Shown here: in pieces, positions 24,500-37,340 of the stretch
Numbering within the stretch: the first letter of the stretch is position 1
Layout of the letters: each line of letters opens with the position of its first letter
Source: Malassezia furfur
Lineage: Eukaryota
Strand: one strand, 5' to 3'
NCBI GenBank assembly: GCA_052055015.1
Contig: JBQJIT010000005.1
Length of the DNA stretch: 64,000 nt
Translations under genes and position numbers: made by a program
Notes under the pieces: generated by a model
Seen by the model: only the letters and a program-made list of their open reading frames with translations
Database searches by the model: none
What the model was told of the DNA's origin: nothing

Positions 24500-25252
24500 A
24501 TGTCTGCTCCTACGAACACGTCGGACCAGGGCTTCTTCGGTGTGCAGCACCAGACCTCGACCAGCGGCGATGTGACGCCGGGTGGCCAGTACGTATCCTC
24601 TTGTGAAGAAGAATTCGAGGCTAACCATGTTTCAGGGTTCACCAGATTGCTCAGACCCCTGTGCTGGAGTCGGGCAACCCGTTCGACAAGACGTCGATTC
24701 CCTCGGAGGCCCGCCAGCAGCAGATTGTCGGTGTGCCCGGTGAGCGTCTGCCTGAGCACCAGAGCAAGGTTCTGCTCGCCCTTGACGGCACGGAGGCCGG
24801 TGACAAGGCGTTCGACTACCTGCTCAACAACAAGACGATCGCTCCCGGCAGCCACATTTTCCTGACCACGGTGCTTCCCGCCAACGTGCTGGGTGGCCCC
24901 TGGGTGTCGGGTCCTCTGTCGATCGACACCAAGAAGCAGAACGAGCTTCTGCGCCAGCTGCGTCAGCAGGCCGTCGAGCGTATGATGCCCTACAAGAGCA
25001 AGCTGAAGGAGAAGGGCTACAACGTCACTATGCACGTTCTGCACGGTGACGCCCGTGCCTCGCTCCTCAAGGTTATTTCCTACCACAAGGTGGACCTTGT
25101 GCTGATGTACGTATATTATATCTCTTGGGACAACATACTGACACATGACCAGTGGCAAGCGCAACCTTGGCTGGAAGCGTGGCCTGACCAGCGGCACTGT
25201 CTCGTCGTACCTGGTGAGCCACTCGCCCGTCCCTGTGCTTGTCATCAAGTAA
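24500..25252 (+). CDS. Universal stress protein (UspA-like domain)
   Basis: VLLALDG, HGDAR, DLVLIGKR..GTVSSYLVSHSPVPVLVIK after splicing; introns 24589-24635 and 25107-25152. Confidence 0.85.
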
Positions 25253-25693
25253 TGGCTATAGACATTGTTTGAACTTGGCAGTATTCTGCCCTAATTCGTA
25301 TCGCTATCAGGAGCAAGCACCCTTCTCGTTTGGTAGTTTTCGCAACAATGTTTCACCTCAGTTACTTTGGGGTGCGCGATTTCTCGAGCGATTGCTAGGT
25401 TTACTTGCAGACAAATCAAGGCTGTGTCCGCGCCACATCCGTGCGACACGGTGTGGACACCCGTCCACCGCCGTCCCCCACGTGGCCCTCCGAAGGTGAC
25501 CGGGAAAAGAAGGGACTTGGGAAACATTTGCAGCGCCGCCAGCTAGCGTCGGGAGCAAAAATTGCATTTTGTAGATGCGCACACACTAGGGCGTACACAC
25601 TATAAGCCTAGGAACGAAACGAACTAGCGCGTCCAATGGCCGGACATCTAGCAGGTATAGACAGCATGCCGCAAGACGCAAGAACCTTTTCGT

Positions 25694-26920
25694 TTAGTAG
25701 TACACCACAGGAGCCTTCTTGGGGCCCTCGAACGCCTCACGCTCGGCAGCGGTCTGGAAGTTACCGTGGCCGAACTTGGACGACGTGTCGATGAACTTGA
25801 GCGACACCTTCTCGAGGTCGCGGCGCGAGGTGTGGATCTGGTGCGACTTGCGGATGGTCAGAACACGCTTCTTCACACCCGGGCAAGCGCCCTTGATCAT
25901 AATAAAGTCGTTCTTCACCACACCATAGTGGGGGAAGCCGCCCATGGGCGTGATCGCCTTCTGGGTGGTGTCAAAGTCGGTCGAGGCCGAGGCCTTGTCA
26001 GCACCGTTGCCAATACGGTAGATCTTCTTGTTGAGCTCCGTGCGGTGGTGGTAACCGGCCTGACCCGAACGGGCGACCGTGAACATAACGTTCGCCGGGT
26101 GCCAGGCACCGATACAAGCGACCTTGCGGAGACCCTTGTGGGTCTTGCGAGGCAGCTTCTTGGTACCCCAACGGGCAGTCACACCCTCGTAACCGTGACC
26201 CTTGGTGACACCAATGATGTCGACGTTCTCGTCCTGGGTGAACAGGCTGTTGACGTCCACCGTCTTCTCAAACAGGTTGTGCGCGAACTCGACCTTGTCG
26301 GCAACCGAGCCACCGTTCACCTGAATCTCCATAAGGTGAGCCTTCTTCTGCTTGAGGCTCGTGTTGCGCAGCTGGGTGTGCGCAAGCACACGAACGACCG
26401 TGCAGTACTTGCGGATACGCTCGAGCTCACGGGCGATCGACTGGCCGCCGTTCTCCGAGTGCTTCTTGGCGTACTTGGTGAAGGCCTTCTTCTTGCTGCG
26501 GTACCAGTTCTTGTAAAAGCGGCGCTTGACCTCGTCCGAGAGGTGCTCAGCCCAGACCGTGGTGAGCGAGCGGAGGCCACGAGGGGTCTCGACGTAGCCG
26601 ACCACACCGACGACCACCATGGGCGGGGTCTCGATGATCGTGGTCGCCTCGACAATCTCCTTCTTGTGCATCTTGGAGCCGGGGCGGTCAAGGTCGCGGA
26701 CAATGTGGGTCATGCCGGCCTTGTAGCCCATGAAGGCCGTCAGGTGGACGGGCTTCTTGGGGTCGTCCTTGGGGAACGACTTGACCTTGCCGCGGTGGCT
26801 CGCGGCACGCTTGCGGGGAAGGAAACCGAGCGAGCCGTGACGAGGGTGCTCGAACTGTGCACAGTGTCAGTATTCCTGTTCGTAGACGACGTCGTCAGTA
26901 CACACCTTGCAGTGAGACAT
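25694..26920 (-). CDS. RPL3: 60S ribosomal protein L3
   Basis: [41 protein letters not shown]; intron 26855-26905; strong codon bias. Confidence 0.97.
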
Positions 26921-27034
26921 TGCGGTTGCCGTCGAGGTAGCGAGTCGAAGAAAACCGCGCGGCGGCCATGGGTGAGCGCCGCCGGTCGTCATATCACGTG
27001 CATGGTATAGTTTTATCACGTGTTCTATGTGATG

Positions 27035-30000
27035 TTAGGTGGAGGTCAACGGCGCGGCGGCGGGCGCGTCGGGCGCGCGCGCCGCGGCGTGGCAGCGCGT
27101 GCAGCGCAGCGTGTCGGCGCCGGCCACCGGCCACCACAGCGGCGACCAGTCGGTGTGACACTGAATACACGTAGGGGGTTGTGTAGGAGAATCCGTCGAG
27201 AGCATTTGGTTCATCTTGACGCCGGATTCGCCGTGCGTCATGGGGTGGAGCGAGCCGTCGCGCAGGTAGGCCCCGGCGCCGCCGCATGCCTGCAGCACCG
27301 CGTCAAAGCGCTTGGCGCGACGCAGGAGCGCGTGCGACGACTCAACCACGGCCGAGTTGCGGTGCGACGTGTTTGCCACCTGTTTGTGCGTGCGTGCGTA
27401 CGCCTGCAGCGCCGTGAGCCCCAGCTTGGCGTCGCTCTCAAAGAAGTCGTAGGTGGTGTTGGACTTGGCGACGCCGCGGTGCTCCTTGCACCAGATCTGC
27501 GCGCACATGTGCCCCGTCTCAGACTTGAACGTGAGCGTCTGCACCGAGTCGCGCCGCGACGTCTTCACCGGAAAGATTTCAAAAGCGAGCGTGCACGACG
27601 GTTGCGCCTGGAAGGCACATGCGACGTGGAAGCGCGTGCGGCACGAAGGCTCCGCGCACGTCACGACCGCGCCACGCACCTGCTTGCACAGTGCACATGG
27701 CGAGTCGTAGCGCCAAGGTGGCAAGCTGCTTGCGCCCTCGACGGGCTGCAATGTATGCGCATCGGCAAAGAGTACCTCAGGCATCCACATCGCGCACACG
27801 AGGTGCGCCCAGTTGTTGCACTCGGTCGGCTTGTATACGTCCAAGGCTCCCAGTAGCCCCGTCTTGCTGTCGTCGTCACTGGCACGCGTGCCGCGCGCCA
27901 TAGGATGGCCACGGTCCGCCGCCGCTTCGTCGCACAGCACGCAGTGCGGCAACAGCGCCACGTTCGGGTCGCGATCGTTGCGGCACACGTCGCACAACCA
28001 CTCCTTGGCGTCCATGTCGGCGTCTGTGATGCCGATGCAGCCCTGGTGTGCGGCCATGCCACACTGCGCACAGCTGCGCAGGCGCCGCTTGGGATCCACC
28101 CGGCGGCACAACACACACTTGCCGATCTCGGGCACGGGCGGTGGTGCGGGCGATGCCCACCCGGGCTGCGGGGTCGCGGCGTGCGGCGCAGTGGTTCGCG
28201 GCGTCCATTTAACGTGCACGGGCACCAGCACGCCGAGGCCGCGCTCCTCGCCGCCGTGCTCCTGCGCGGCTTTGCGCTTCGCGTCGGTGATGAACACGCT
28301 CGCGGTCTCGGCGGCGTACTTGCGCCAAAACTGTCCACAGTACACACAGAGCACACGGCCTGTCCAGTGGATAAAGCCGCGGTACCAAAATGGCTCGGTG
28401 GCCACGTTGCAAAAGGCGCAGTGCAACTTCGCCGTTGGGTTTGCCTCGTGGATCTCGTCGAGCTCATCCGTGCTCAGGATAGAGCGCGCAGGCGACACGT
28501 CGCGCAGCGGCTTGGCATCCGTCGGTGTGCTGCGGCGGCCACCGGGGTGCGCGCCGGATTGGGCGCGCCATCGTTCGCCAAGCTGGTGGCTGGGTGAGCA
28601 GGTGGGTACGTACGTTTGCCACGCATACAAACTGCGCACAATTTCGCCGGGTGTGCGCGCGGGCAGCGCGCGCTTTAGCGCGCCCATCTCGGCACCGTGC
28701 TCATGCATCGCCTTGCTCAGGCTCTCGATCTCCTTGGGTGCCAACTGGAAGTAGCCAAAGTCGGCGTCCTTGCTCTGGGCAAACTGCTCGGCCGCCGCGT
28801 GCGTGTCAAAGTGGTGCGCACACAGCAGCTCGAGTGCACGGTCCACGAACGAGACGTCGGTGCGGGGCACATGGGCGCGTGGCGCCCGCACCGCCTGCAG
28901 GTACGTCTCTACGCCATCGGCCACGCCGGGCTCCACGGGAGGGACGTACAGGCAGTGCACCGTTGCGTCTCCGCCGCGCTCGTACACCGTGTCGGTGGCC
29001 ACAGGCGCAGATTCTTCGTCGACTTCCATCGCATTGGCAGCATCACGCCGCGCTTTTTTGGGGTGGCTCTTGCGCCGTGCGCGCGTCGACGACTTACTCG
29101 GCGACGGTGACGCAACGTCCTGCAAGGGCTCCGACTCGATGCGCCGCGCCTCGTCGAGCGGCAGCTCTTGCTGCTCCTCCCAGCTGGGCACGGTCATTTG
29201 GTACTTGGGCCCGCACCGCGTCACCGCACGGGGGTAGATAGAGTCGTGGGCATCGAGCACGTCCATCGCCGAGGTGTGCTCGCCAAAGTAGCGGTACGGC
29301 CAGCCTTGGAAGCAGCGCAAACCCTCGCGGTCCATTGCGGTGTGAAGCGCTGCGTCACTCGCAGGCGCCGGCACGTCGCCAAACAGATGCGCGCGGCTTG
29401 TGCGTCGGCTCGCTGAGGCTTGCGACCGCGGCGCGCGCGCGGGCGGCGCAGCGTCGGAATGCAGGCCACCACCGCCGACGCCCTGCTCCTCGACAAGCGC
29501 ATCGTGCTGTTTGGTGCACGGCGCACACGACCAGCTGTACCCCTTGGCGGGCTTGGACTGCAGTGGCGGCGAGACGCAGTGCATATGGAAGTACTTGCGG
29601 CACGTATCACAGCGCACCGACTCGGCGCTCGACGCCCACTCGTGACAAACAGCGCACCCACGCAGCGCATCGCACAGATCCGCCGAGATGGCCGGCTCGG
29701 CGACAATAAACGAGTACTTTTCGCGCAGCGTTTCGAGCACGGCTGCGGGCGCATTCTTCACCTTCCACGTCGGAATCACGTCGTAGAAGCGGTGGATGTA
29801 GCGGTCATACAGCTGCTGGTAGTAAAAATGGTCGTCCTTGCGCTTCCACACGGCGAGCTCGGGCGGGGCGCCATTGCCGATCAGGTCGCGGTGCTTCACG
29901 CGGCACTTGCCGCGGATCGCTTCGACGGGGTATAGTTCCGCATGCATCGTCGCGACGAGCAGACGCGAGTCGTTGTTGGCACGGTGCGTCAGATCACGCA

Positions 30001-30229
30001 TCCGCAAGAAGATGTTGGCGCGCACTTGCTGGCCCGCTTCACCCTCGTCCGCGGGCGCGACGAAGTCCATCACGCGAGCGACGACGTACGGCTCGCCCAT
30101 GCCCACCGCCCACGGTAGCGCAATGTACACAAAGTCTGCGTCAGACGCACATTACGCACCATTGATGCCCACCTGCATACCACTCCGTAGAGTCAGGTGG
30201 GGCTTCGCCTTCGCACTGCTCACGACCAT
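27035..30229 (-). CDS. SNT2: Snt2-like chromatin protein (BAH, PHD, ELM2, SANT, PHD/ePHD, GATA-like fingers)
   Basis: GEPYVVAR BAH, PHD KPAKGYSWSC, WPYRYFG, YKPTECNNWAHLVC; introns 30136-30159 and 28590-28613. Confidence 0.8.
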
Positions 30230-30447
30230 GGCCGCGCTCCCAACGCACACGCGGCGAGCCAAACGTCGTGCACCAAGCCACGTGGACTCCACCCGAAGTG
30301 CGAACGGCCACCCCGGGCACGACGTGGGGATTTGGGCTAGATACGTAGAAATACAGAGAAAGACTATCGGTGCATTTACAAGACTGGGTACATTTCATGA
30401 TCCTCGCCCAGAAACCGGCTCTGGGCGCTGCAAAGGGTCGGCAGGTC

Positions 30448-32421
30448 TCAGGGTATTCCGTTGGTCCGGGGCGCCGAGGGAGTCGTTCCGGGGAAACTGT
30501 ACACGGGGTTTCCCATCACCGCGCCGTGCGGCGGCAGAAGACCGTCCGTCTGCGCATGCACGGGCAGTGCCGTCGGCTTGATGCTGGCTCCCGGCATCCC
30601 CACATACTCGGGCGACGCAAAGTACGGCGTCGACGGCCAGGGCGCATGCACCACCGGCGTTGCTGCGCCCCACGACGCAGGCATGGGCGTCGTGGCAGAC
30701 AGGTAGTCGGGCGCCGGGCCTTGCATCCCCGATGCGGACGGCAGGCCGGCCACGGGCGCCGGCAGCGGCGTCGCGACCCCGTCCAAGCCCACAGGGTTGC
30801 ACGTCCCCATCGTATTGTGGCTGCTCAGCCCCATGGGATGGATCATGCAGTACACAGGAATCCCGTGCGAGTACCCAGCGGCCAGACGGTAGTAGCCAAA
30901 CACCATCGGCGACGCCGACGAGGCATTCACATGCGGCGTCGAAAACGGCGACAGCGACTCAAAGGGCAGCAGCAGTTCGGGCGCGAGGCCTGCCCCGTTT
31001 GTGCCGTATGCGTGCGACATCTTTGCATCCCAAAGGTTGGGCCGCTCGCTCGGCGATGGCACCATGTGGCCGCGTCGCGTTTCGGGGCTTGGCGTGCGCA
31101 CGGGCTCAGCTGCGTTGCGCCGCGGACCGACCGCACCTGCGCCTGGCCCTGATGGCATAACGAGGCGCGGCAAGCCGCGCATGGACCGGCCTTCTTGCGA
31201 CGACACGATGGATGGCGCGTGCATGGACTGCATCGCCGTCATGTTCGGCATGCCACCGGGCAGCATATCGCGTTGGATTTTGCGCGCAAGGCCCTCTTCG
31301 TCGGCATCGCTCGCACGACGCCGCTTGGTCGCACGAAAGCTCGCATAGTCCTTAGCGTTGGCCAGGGGCGTGGGCGCCGACGTTTGCGTCGAGCTCCACG
31401 GCGGCCGCGCCTCAGGCACGGCCGACGGCGGCGGGGTGAAGTGCTGGCCCGTGCTTGCCGACGACACGTCGCTGAACGACGAGCTAGGCGACAAAACGGG
31501 TGTAACATCTGGCGCATTCAGCCAGCGCTGATCCAAGCAGCGTTGGCTCGTGAGTTGGTCGAGCGTCGATTGCCACCACGCATACTCCTCAACGGTGGCA
31601 CTGGCGTTGGTGTCGATGCCGCCCCAGAGCTGCAACTCCATTTTGGTAATCTCTTTGAGCGGGATACGCGACACGTCTGACCAGGTCTTGTTGGTGTACG
31701 TGTGGTCGTCGAGGAACTTGTTTGCGAGCACCAGTGACGTCAAAAAGAGGCGGTACTCGCTGCCGAGCTGGCCCTCGAGGCTGGGGTGTCGCACTTTGAG
31801 GCGGTAAATGTACAAGAGAGAAAATGCAATGACCGTCTTGGACACCTGCGTCATGCGCAGCACGTCCTTGACAAAGGTGTAGAAACGCTCCGCCGGATAC
31901 AACTGGTGCCGTGACGGAATCCGCGCCGGGCCCGCAGGGGCCATGCTCCCCATCGACGACACGGAATGTGCGCTCCGGTGTGAACGCCCGCGCCCATGCG
32001 GCGCGCTGCGCTGTCGCACGTCCGACTGCGACTCAGACCGGTGTCGGGGTGTCGGGGTAAAGGGATGTTCCGCACGGGGCAGCGAGGCGGACTTGGCGTA
32101 CCACAGGTAGCACACCATCTGTGCGCACCACTCTGAGGCCTGCGCCGCGTCCCAGGGCGCTTGATCCTGGGTCGAGGTGGGGTTCGCTTGCACAGACAGG
32201 CTGTCGGTGGCCGATGCAGGCTCCGTCAGCTCCTTGGGCGTCGGCGCCTCGGTTCCAGGTGCGGACAAGTTGGGCGGGGCAACCGATGGGTCCGTCGGCG
32301 CACCCGTCTTCCAGGAATGAAATTGAGAAACGTGGTGCTGGAGCACTTGTGCGCGGGTCGATGACCGCGGGTCCAGAGCATGGACCGCTGGGTCCCGGGG
32401 TAGGGGATCGACCTTCATCAT
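30448..32421 (-). CDS. Pho85-type (Pcl/Clg1-like) cyclin with long low-complexity tails
   Basis: Cyclin box TQVSKTVIAFSLLYIYRLK...GSEYRLFLTSLVLANKFLDDHTYTNKTWS. Confidence 0.85.
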   Translation of the reverse strand: MMKVDPLPRDPAVHALDPRSSTRAQVLQHHVSQFHSWKTGAPTDPSVAPPNLSAPGTEAPTPKELTEPASATDSLSVQANPTSTQDQAPWDAAQASEWCAQMVCYLWYAKSASLPRAEHPFTPTPRHRSESQSDVRQRSAPHGRGRSHRSAHSVSSMGSMAPAGPARIPSRHQLYPAERFYTFVKDVLRMTQVSKTVIAFSLLYIYRLKVRHPSLEGQLGSEYRLFLTSLVLANKFLDDHTYTNKTWSDVSRIPLKEITKMELQLWGGIDTNASATVEEYAWWQSTLDQLTSQRCLDQRWLNAPDVTPVLSPSSSFSDVSSASTGQHFTPPPSAVPEARPPWSSTQTSAPTPLANAKDYASFRATKRRRASDADEEGLARKIQRDMLPGGMPNMTAMQSMHAPSIVSSQEGRSMRGLPRLVMPSGPGAGAVGPRRNAAEPVRTPSPETRRGHMVPSPSERPNLWDAKMSHAYGTNGAGLAPELLLPFESLSPFSTPHVNASSASPMVFGYYRLAAGYSHGIPVYCMIHPMGLSSHNTMGTCNPVGLDGVATPLPAPVAGLPSASGMQGPAPDYLSATTPMPASWGAATPVVHAPWPSTPYFASPEYVGMPGASIKPTALPVHAQTDGLLPPHGAVMGNPVYSFPGTTPSAPRTNGIP

Positions 32422-33418
32422 GTCGGACACTCGCTTATTTCATAAACTAGGCGTCGTACACAATGCGTCGTACACACATACGTTCGCAATCCCTACGCAG
32501 AGCAAATGGCGCAGCGAACGGGCTCGGGTGATCTGAACGAGATCTCAGGCACTTATATTCCTTAAGTTGGGGCCTGGGTTGTCGGTTTTGTATTCCAAGC
32601 TGGCGTTGTGTGGCGCGCATCTAACCCAAGCAATTCATATCGCTCCGACATGACAAAAAATGGCACGGTTGACTCACATCTGTATGGTCCACCAATGCAA
32701 ATTTTGTCCGTGCACACGTACACTTACATTCCGTGCCCTGCTGCACCGCTGTGGTGACAACTGGGGAGAGGGATGTAGCCAATCGGTGCTTTGATCGAAT
32801 TTCACGCCGTGCATGCCTAGTCTGGACGCCGCAAGGTTGGCCTGGCGTTGGGCAACACCTACAGAAGCGAATGACCTAATTCTATTTGGGGCGACTGCAT
32901 ACCCAGCACGCGACGGATTTTCACCAATCAAAATCCTCGCTCGATCGGGCCATCGAGCGCGGGGTTTGAATCAACTCGGCATGTCACGAAAAAGAATTCT
33001 TGCCCTTTCCCCTTTGTACCGCCCGCCCTGATCCGGTCAACGGGTATTTCTATTTTTAGTCCATCGCACGGGTCTGCGCATTGCGCCGCCAGCGCACGGC
33101 GCACACGGATCTATTTCGGCGCACCGCACAAGTCGATCATACTTCGGGGTGGCGGCGCAATTTTTCTCGGCGCAGGCGAAAAAGCACGTTATTTCGCTGC
33201 ACGAATGGATGACTTGCATCCTTTTACTACGCGTAGCACCTATCAGAGTTTTCATTCGCCATATCGGGCGTCCGCGCAGAATCCCACATAGGCTAGGAAC
33301 GTTCCTCGTGTCTTACAGCAGCTGTCGAGGGGTACACTCGGCGTCGCCAGTCCCTAGGCACGAAGCTCCATCGTAACTGAGTCTTTTGCGACGCCCGTCA
33401 GCCGCCGCGCCAGTAGCG

Positions 33419-35299
33419 ATGCAGTCCGCTTCAGTTGTTAAGCAGGACTCACGTTCCTGGGCTGCGAACGGTGTAGACAACCCAGCGAATGCCAAGTCCG
33501 CGAAGCCTGCGCGGAGCTCCGATACGAAGAGTTCATCTGGGGCATCCGCAAATTCAGGGTCCGGAAGCACCACCGTGTTCCAATGCTCTGGATTTGGTGA
33601 CTGTCGCATGGTGTTTACACGCAGTGAGCACTTGGCTCGTCACGTTCGGTATGTTATCCGCTGGTCTTCCCTCTAACACCGCAGCAAACACACAGGAGAA
33701 CGCCCTTTCCAATGTCACTGCCAAAAGGCCTTTTCTCGTCTTGACAACTTGCGACAACACTGTCAAACGGTGCACTCTGACACGCCAGAGCGTAACGAAG
33801 AAATTCTGCGCCAGCTCACCGTTCTGCACTCCAACCTTGCCGCCTCGGCGGCAAAGAACCAGCGGACGTTTGCCCGTGTCGTCATCCCAGATGGGGCCAA
33901 GCCCGAGTCCAAAGCCGCGCCCGACGAGAAGAAGGGGGCACCCAAAGAGTCCGCCAAGCCAACTGGTGTGTCGCCAGGGGGTTCCGTGGCTGTTAGCTCG
34001 CTTCTCAGCCAGCCGGTCTCCACGGATAATGACAGCCACGGTGCAGGGCAAGACGGATCGCTACCGAAGAATGACGCTTCCTCGAAGCTGCTCAAGCCAA
34101 CGACACTTCCCAGTTTAGACACCAAGTCCATGTCGCGCTCGATCCAGCCAGCCTCGTTTTCCCCTCATTCGGCACCTAGCTCCTCTGCACCCATTCACTC
34201 GCTCAGCCGTCCCGTCTTTGGCGCAGTAGCGAGCCCCACCCATGCTCCATTGACCTCACCATCAGGCGTGTATGGTAGAGGCGCTTCGGAGGCCACGTTG
34301 TGGAACGAGACGTGTTCCGCATCTGCCCTTCCGCCGCTTTCCGAAATCTCTACCAGGCTACGACCGTCGGGGCTTGCACCCGATGCACGTCCGTACACAT
34401 CACGGTCCGTGTCAATTGTACCGGATCGGCCACCGTTCCCGCTGCACGATCAGCAGCGCCGTGCTTCCATCCCTTTGACCGGCGGCTCGTCTTCCTACCC
34501 TGCCGTTCCCCACGACCTCAACTATCATGCATATTACATGCCCCATTCGCCCCGTACCTCCTACTCGCCTTCGTTTGGCAGCGCTAGGTACAGCCCTACC
34601 ATGTCTGCCGAAATGCGCTGGTCGAACCCCCAGGCTAAACGCCATTCGTTGGGGTATGCTTCGCCTCCGCTGACATCTCACCCTCGCCCCTCTCTACCCC
34701 TGCCCAAGCATGCTTTGCCAGGAAAGAAGGAGGTGTATCCAGCTCCTTCTAGTGCCTACTCGGTACGTTTCTGCATCCATGGAGCGCCTCGCTAACCACA
34801 GACACCGGCCGACGCTTCTGTACTGCCCGAGGCACCCGCTGTCGATCCCCTCACCCCGGTCCGGGACAGCTTTGGTGAGCGACCTTTGAAAAAGTCGCGC
34901 TCGACGTATTTTGCAGAGCCTGGATCGACGGAGTTGGCCTCTCCGGTCGCGTCAGGCCTGCCCGCCCATGCTATGCTCAAAAGTACTTCCACTGATGCCT
35001 CGCCTCCAACCCATGCCCCCGTTACACGCTATCTTCCAATGCGTCATCGCAATCATAATCCAAACTTCTCGTTGGGGAACGCGGGGAGCCCGTACACGGT
35101 CGACTATGACTCTTTGCGTCATCCCGCTGCGCCGCGGCGAGCGGCCGCTGGATTTGTATCGCTTCCGCGTGACGCCCAGGCGTGTGCGCGACTCGACTCG
35201 ACTCGCCACACCGCCATGCCCGTTCCCAACGGGCCAATGTCCGGACTGGAATACGATGAGATGACGCAAAAACGAAACGTCGAGGAGGATGCCTGCTAA
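33419..35299 (+). CDS. C2H2 zinc-finger transcription factor (Usv1/Rgm1/NsdC-like)
   Basis: [54 protein letters not shown]; introns 33649-33684 and 34763-34801. Confidence 0.85.
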
Positions 35300-35557
35300 C
35301 TTCCCCTAATTATGCCGCCACCGTTGGTCGATCCGTAGACTCGGTTAGTGTCGTCACTCTTTACACTGCTTTCCACAGCGCGATGGAACAAGGCAAACTC
35401 GTGCAGGCATTACATACGTATATAAACAATACTGAGGGTTTATGGCCATCATGCATAGAGTGTAGATGCGAAGCAAGTTTGCCTGTAGGATTGTTCAAAG
35501 TATGTGCAAAGAAACCCAGTTAGATTTTATTTTTCGCGACAGTCAGGGGAGATGTGT

Positions 35558-37340
35558 CTATTCCAGGTCCCGGTCTTGGACACGAAGCCCGGTCGACTTG
35601 TTCATCATCTCCGGGTCCGGCAGACGGGCATCTCCACCCACTTCCCTAACCTTGGCATCAATGTCTTGCTTAATACCACGACGCGAGGTATAGCCTTCAG
35701 GAACCCACTTAGCCGAGTTCCAAGGTTTGACGCTGGGGTCAAGATACATCGTGTTGACGGCCTCCAGCGTAAGGTTGGCCGTTTCGTAGAGGCCAAAGTA
35801 GATGAGCAGGAAATTGAATACATTACAGCCAACGAACACGTAGCCGTAGTAGAGGTGGATGTTGCCGGTGATGGGCGGCGTGAAGAAACCAATGCAGAAG
35901 TTCCAGATCCAGTTGCACATCGTCGCAAGCGAGAACTGCATTCCACGCGTCTCGGGCGCACAGAACTCGGAAATGGTGATCCAGGCACCCGGACCCCACG
36001 TACTAGCAAATGCGAGAATGTAGAAGCAGGCGGCGCAGATCATTAGCGTACCGATCGACTTGTTGTAGTCGTCCGAGTTGGCCGGGTTCGCAGGCTCACC
36101 CGCCAGGTCGAAGGCAATCGGTTTGCCCACCACACCTGCCGTAGCGAAGACAATCAGCCACATCACCATCCACGCGGCACCCAGCAGCAGACAAAAGCGA
36201 CGACCAAACCGGTCCATGGCCCACAGACCCAGGAACGTCGTACCCACATTCACAGCACCCAGAATGATCTGGGTAATGTACGAGTCGGAAATACCGACCG
36301 ACTGGAAGATGGTAGCACCGTAGTAGAAGAAGTAGTTCGCACCCGTCAGCTGTTGACCCGATTGAATCAGCATACCAAGCAGAGTACGGTACAACGTCTT
36401 GTCTTTCAAGCGGAAGCAGTCAATCAACGACTTCTTTTCGAGCTCAAGCTCAGCAATGACCTCCTGCTTGATGTCATAGTACTCCGTCATCACATAGGGT
36501 TCATCTTCCTCGACACCACGCATCTTGGCGAGTACCGTGAGCATCTCGTTGTAACGCTCCTGCTTGCCGAGCCAACGCGGACTCTCGGGGCAGAACCAGA
36601 TACCACCGGCAAGGATCAAGGTCCAAGCAAAGCCTAGACCAATGGGTACACGCCATTGCGCCGACGAAGGGGGTTCGACGCGAGCCGCCGGCAGCTTGTC
36701 GGTCCAAGCCGGCGTGGTCATCTGACCGCCCGAGCTGTAGTAGCGCGTACCATAGCAGGTCAGGTACGACAGCAAAATGCCAAGCGTAATAAACAGCTGG
36801 AACGATCCCACCAAGGCGCCACGGACTTGACGCGGCACGGTCTCAGATTGGTAGATTGGCACCGTCGAACTCAGCCAGCCAATCGCAACACCCGTTACGA
36901 GACGGCCGATGGCGAGCTGGATCCACGAATCGATGGAAGCCACTTGGATGACCAGACCAATAAACATGATAATGCATCCGGAAAAGATACCATGGCGACG
37001 GCCGAAAATATCACCGACGGGCGCACCAAGCAGAGATCCGACGATCGCACCGATACTGAGCAGACCGACGATCAGACCTTGCTTCCACATGTTCCACTTG
37101 TACGGGAAACGCATAGGGTCGGTCGCATCAGGAGAGTATTCCGCGAAACGCGTCATGAAGTCCTCCATGAGCATGAGATCCGCGATCTGACCCGTGTCCC
37201 TAAGTGTGTGTTAGTTATGATTCGGACGAGGCACGAAAGACATACCATCCGAAAAGAAAGCCACCGATAGAGGCGAGGAGGGCTACACCATAGGTCCGAA
37301 GACCTACGGGTGCACCGTAGACCATATGGCGAAGGTTCAT
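35558..37340 (-). CDS. Hexose transporter (sugar porter, MFS)
   Basis: GGFLFGW|DTG, GRR, PESPRWL, QQLTGANYFFYYG, ETANLTLE; intron 37200-37245. Confidence 0.93.

Noticed and set aside
26906..26920. RPL3 begins MSHCK rather than MSHRK
   Set aside because: As I recall, this variant occurs in other fungi such as fission yeast, so it is not distinctive
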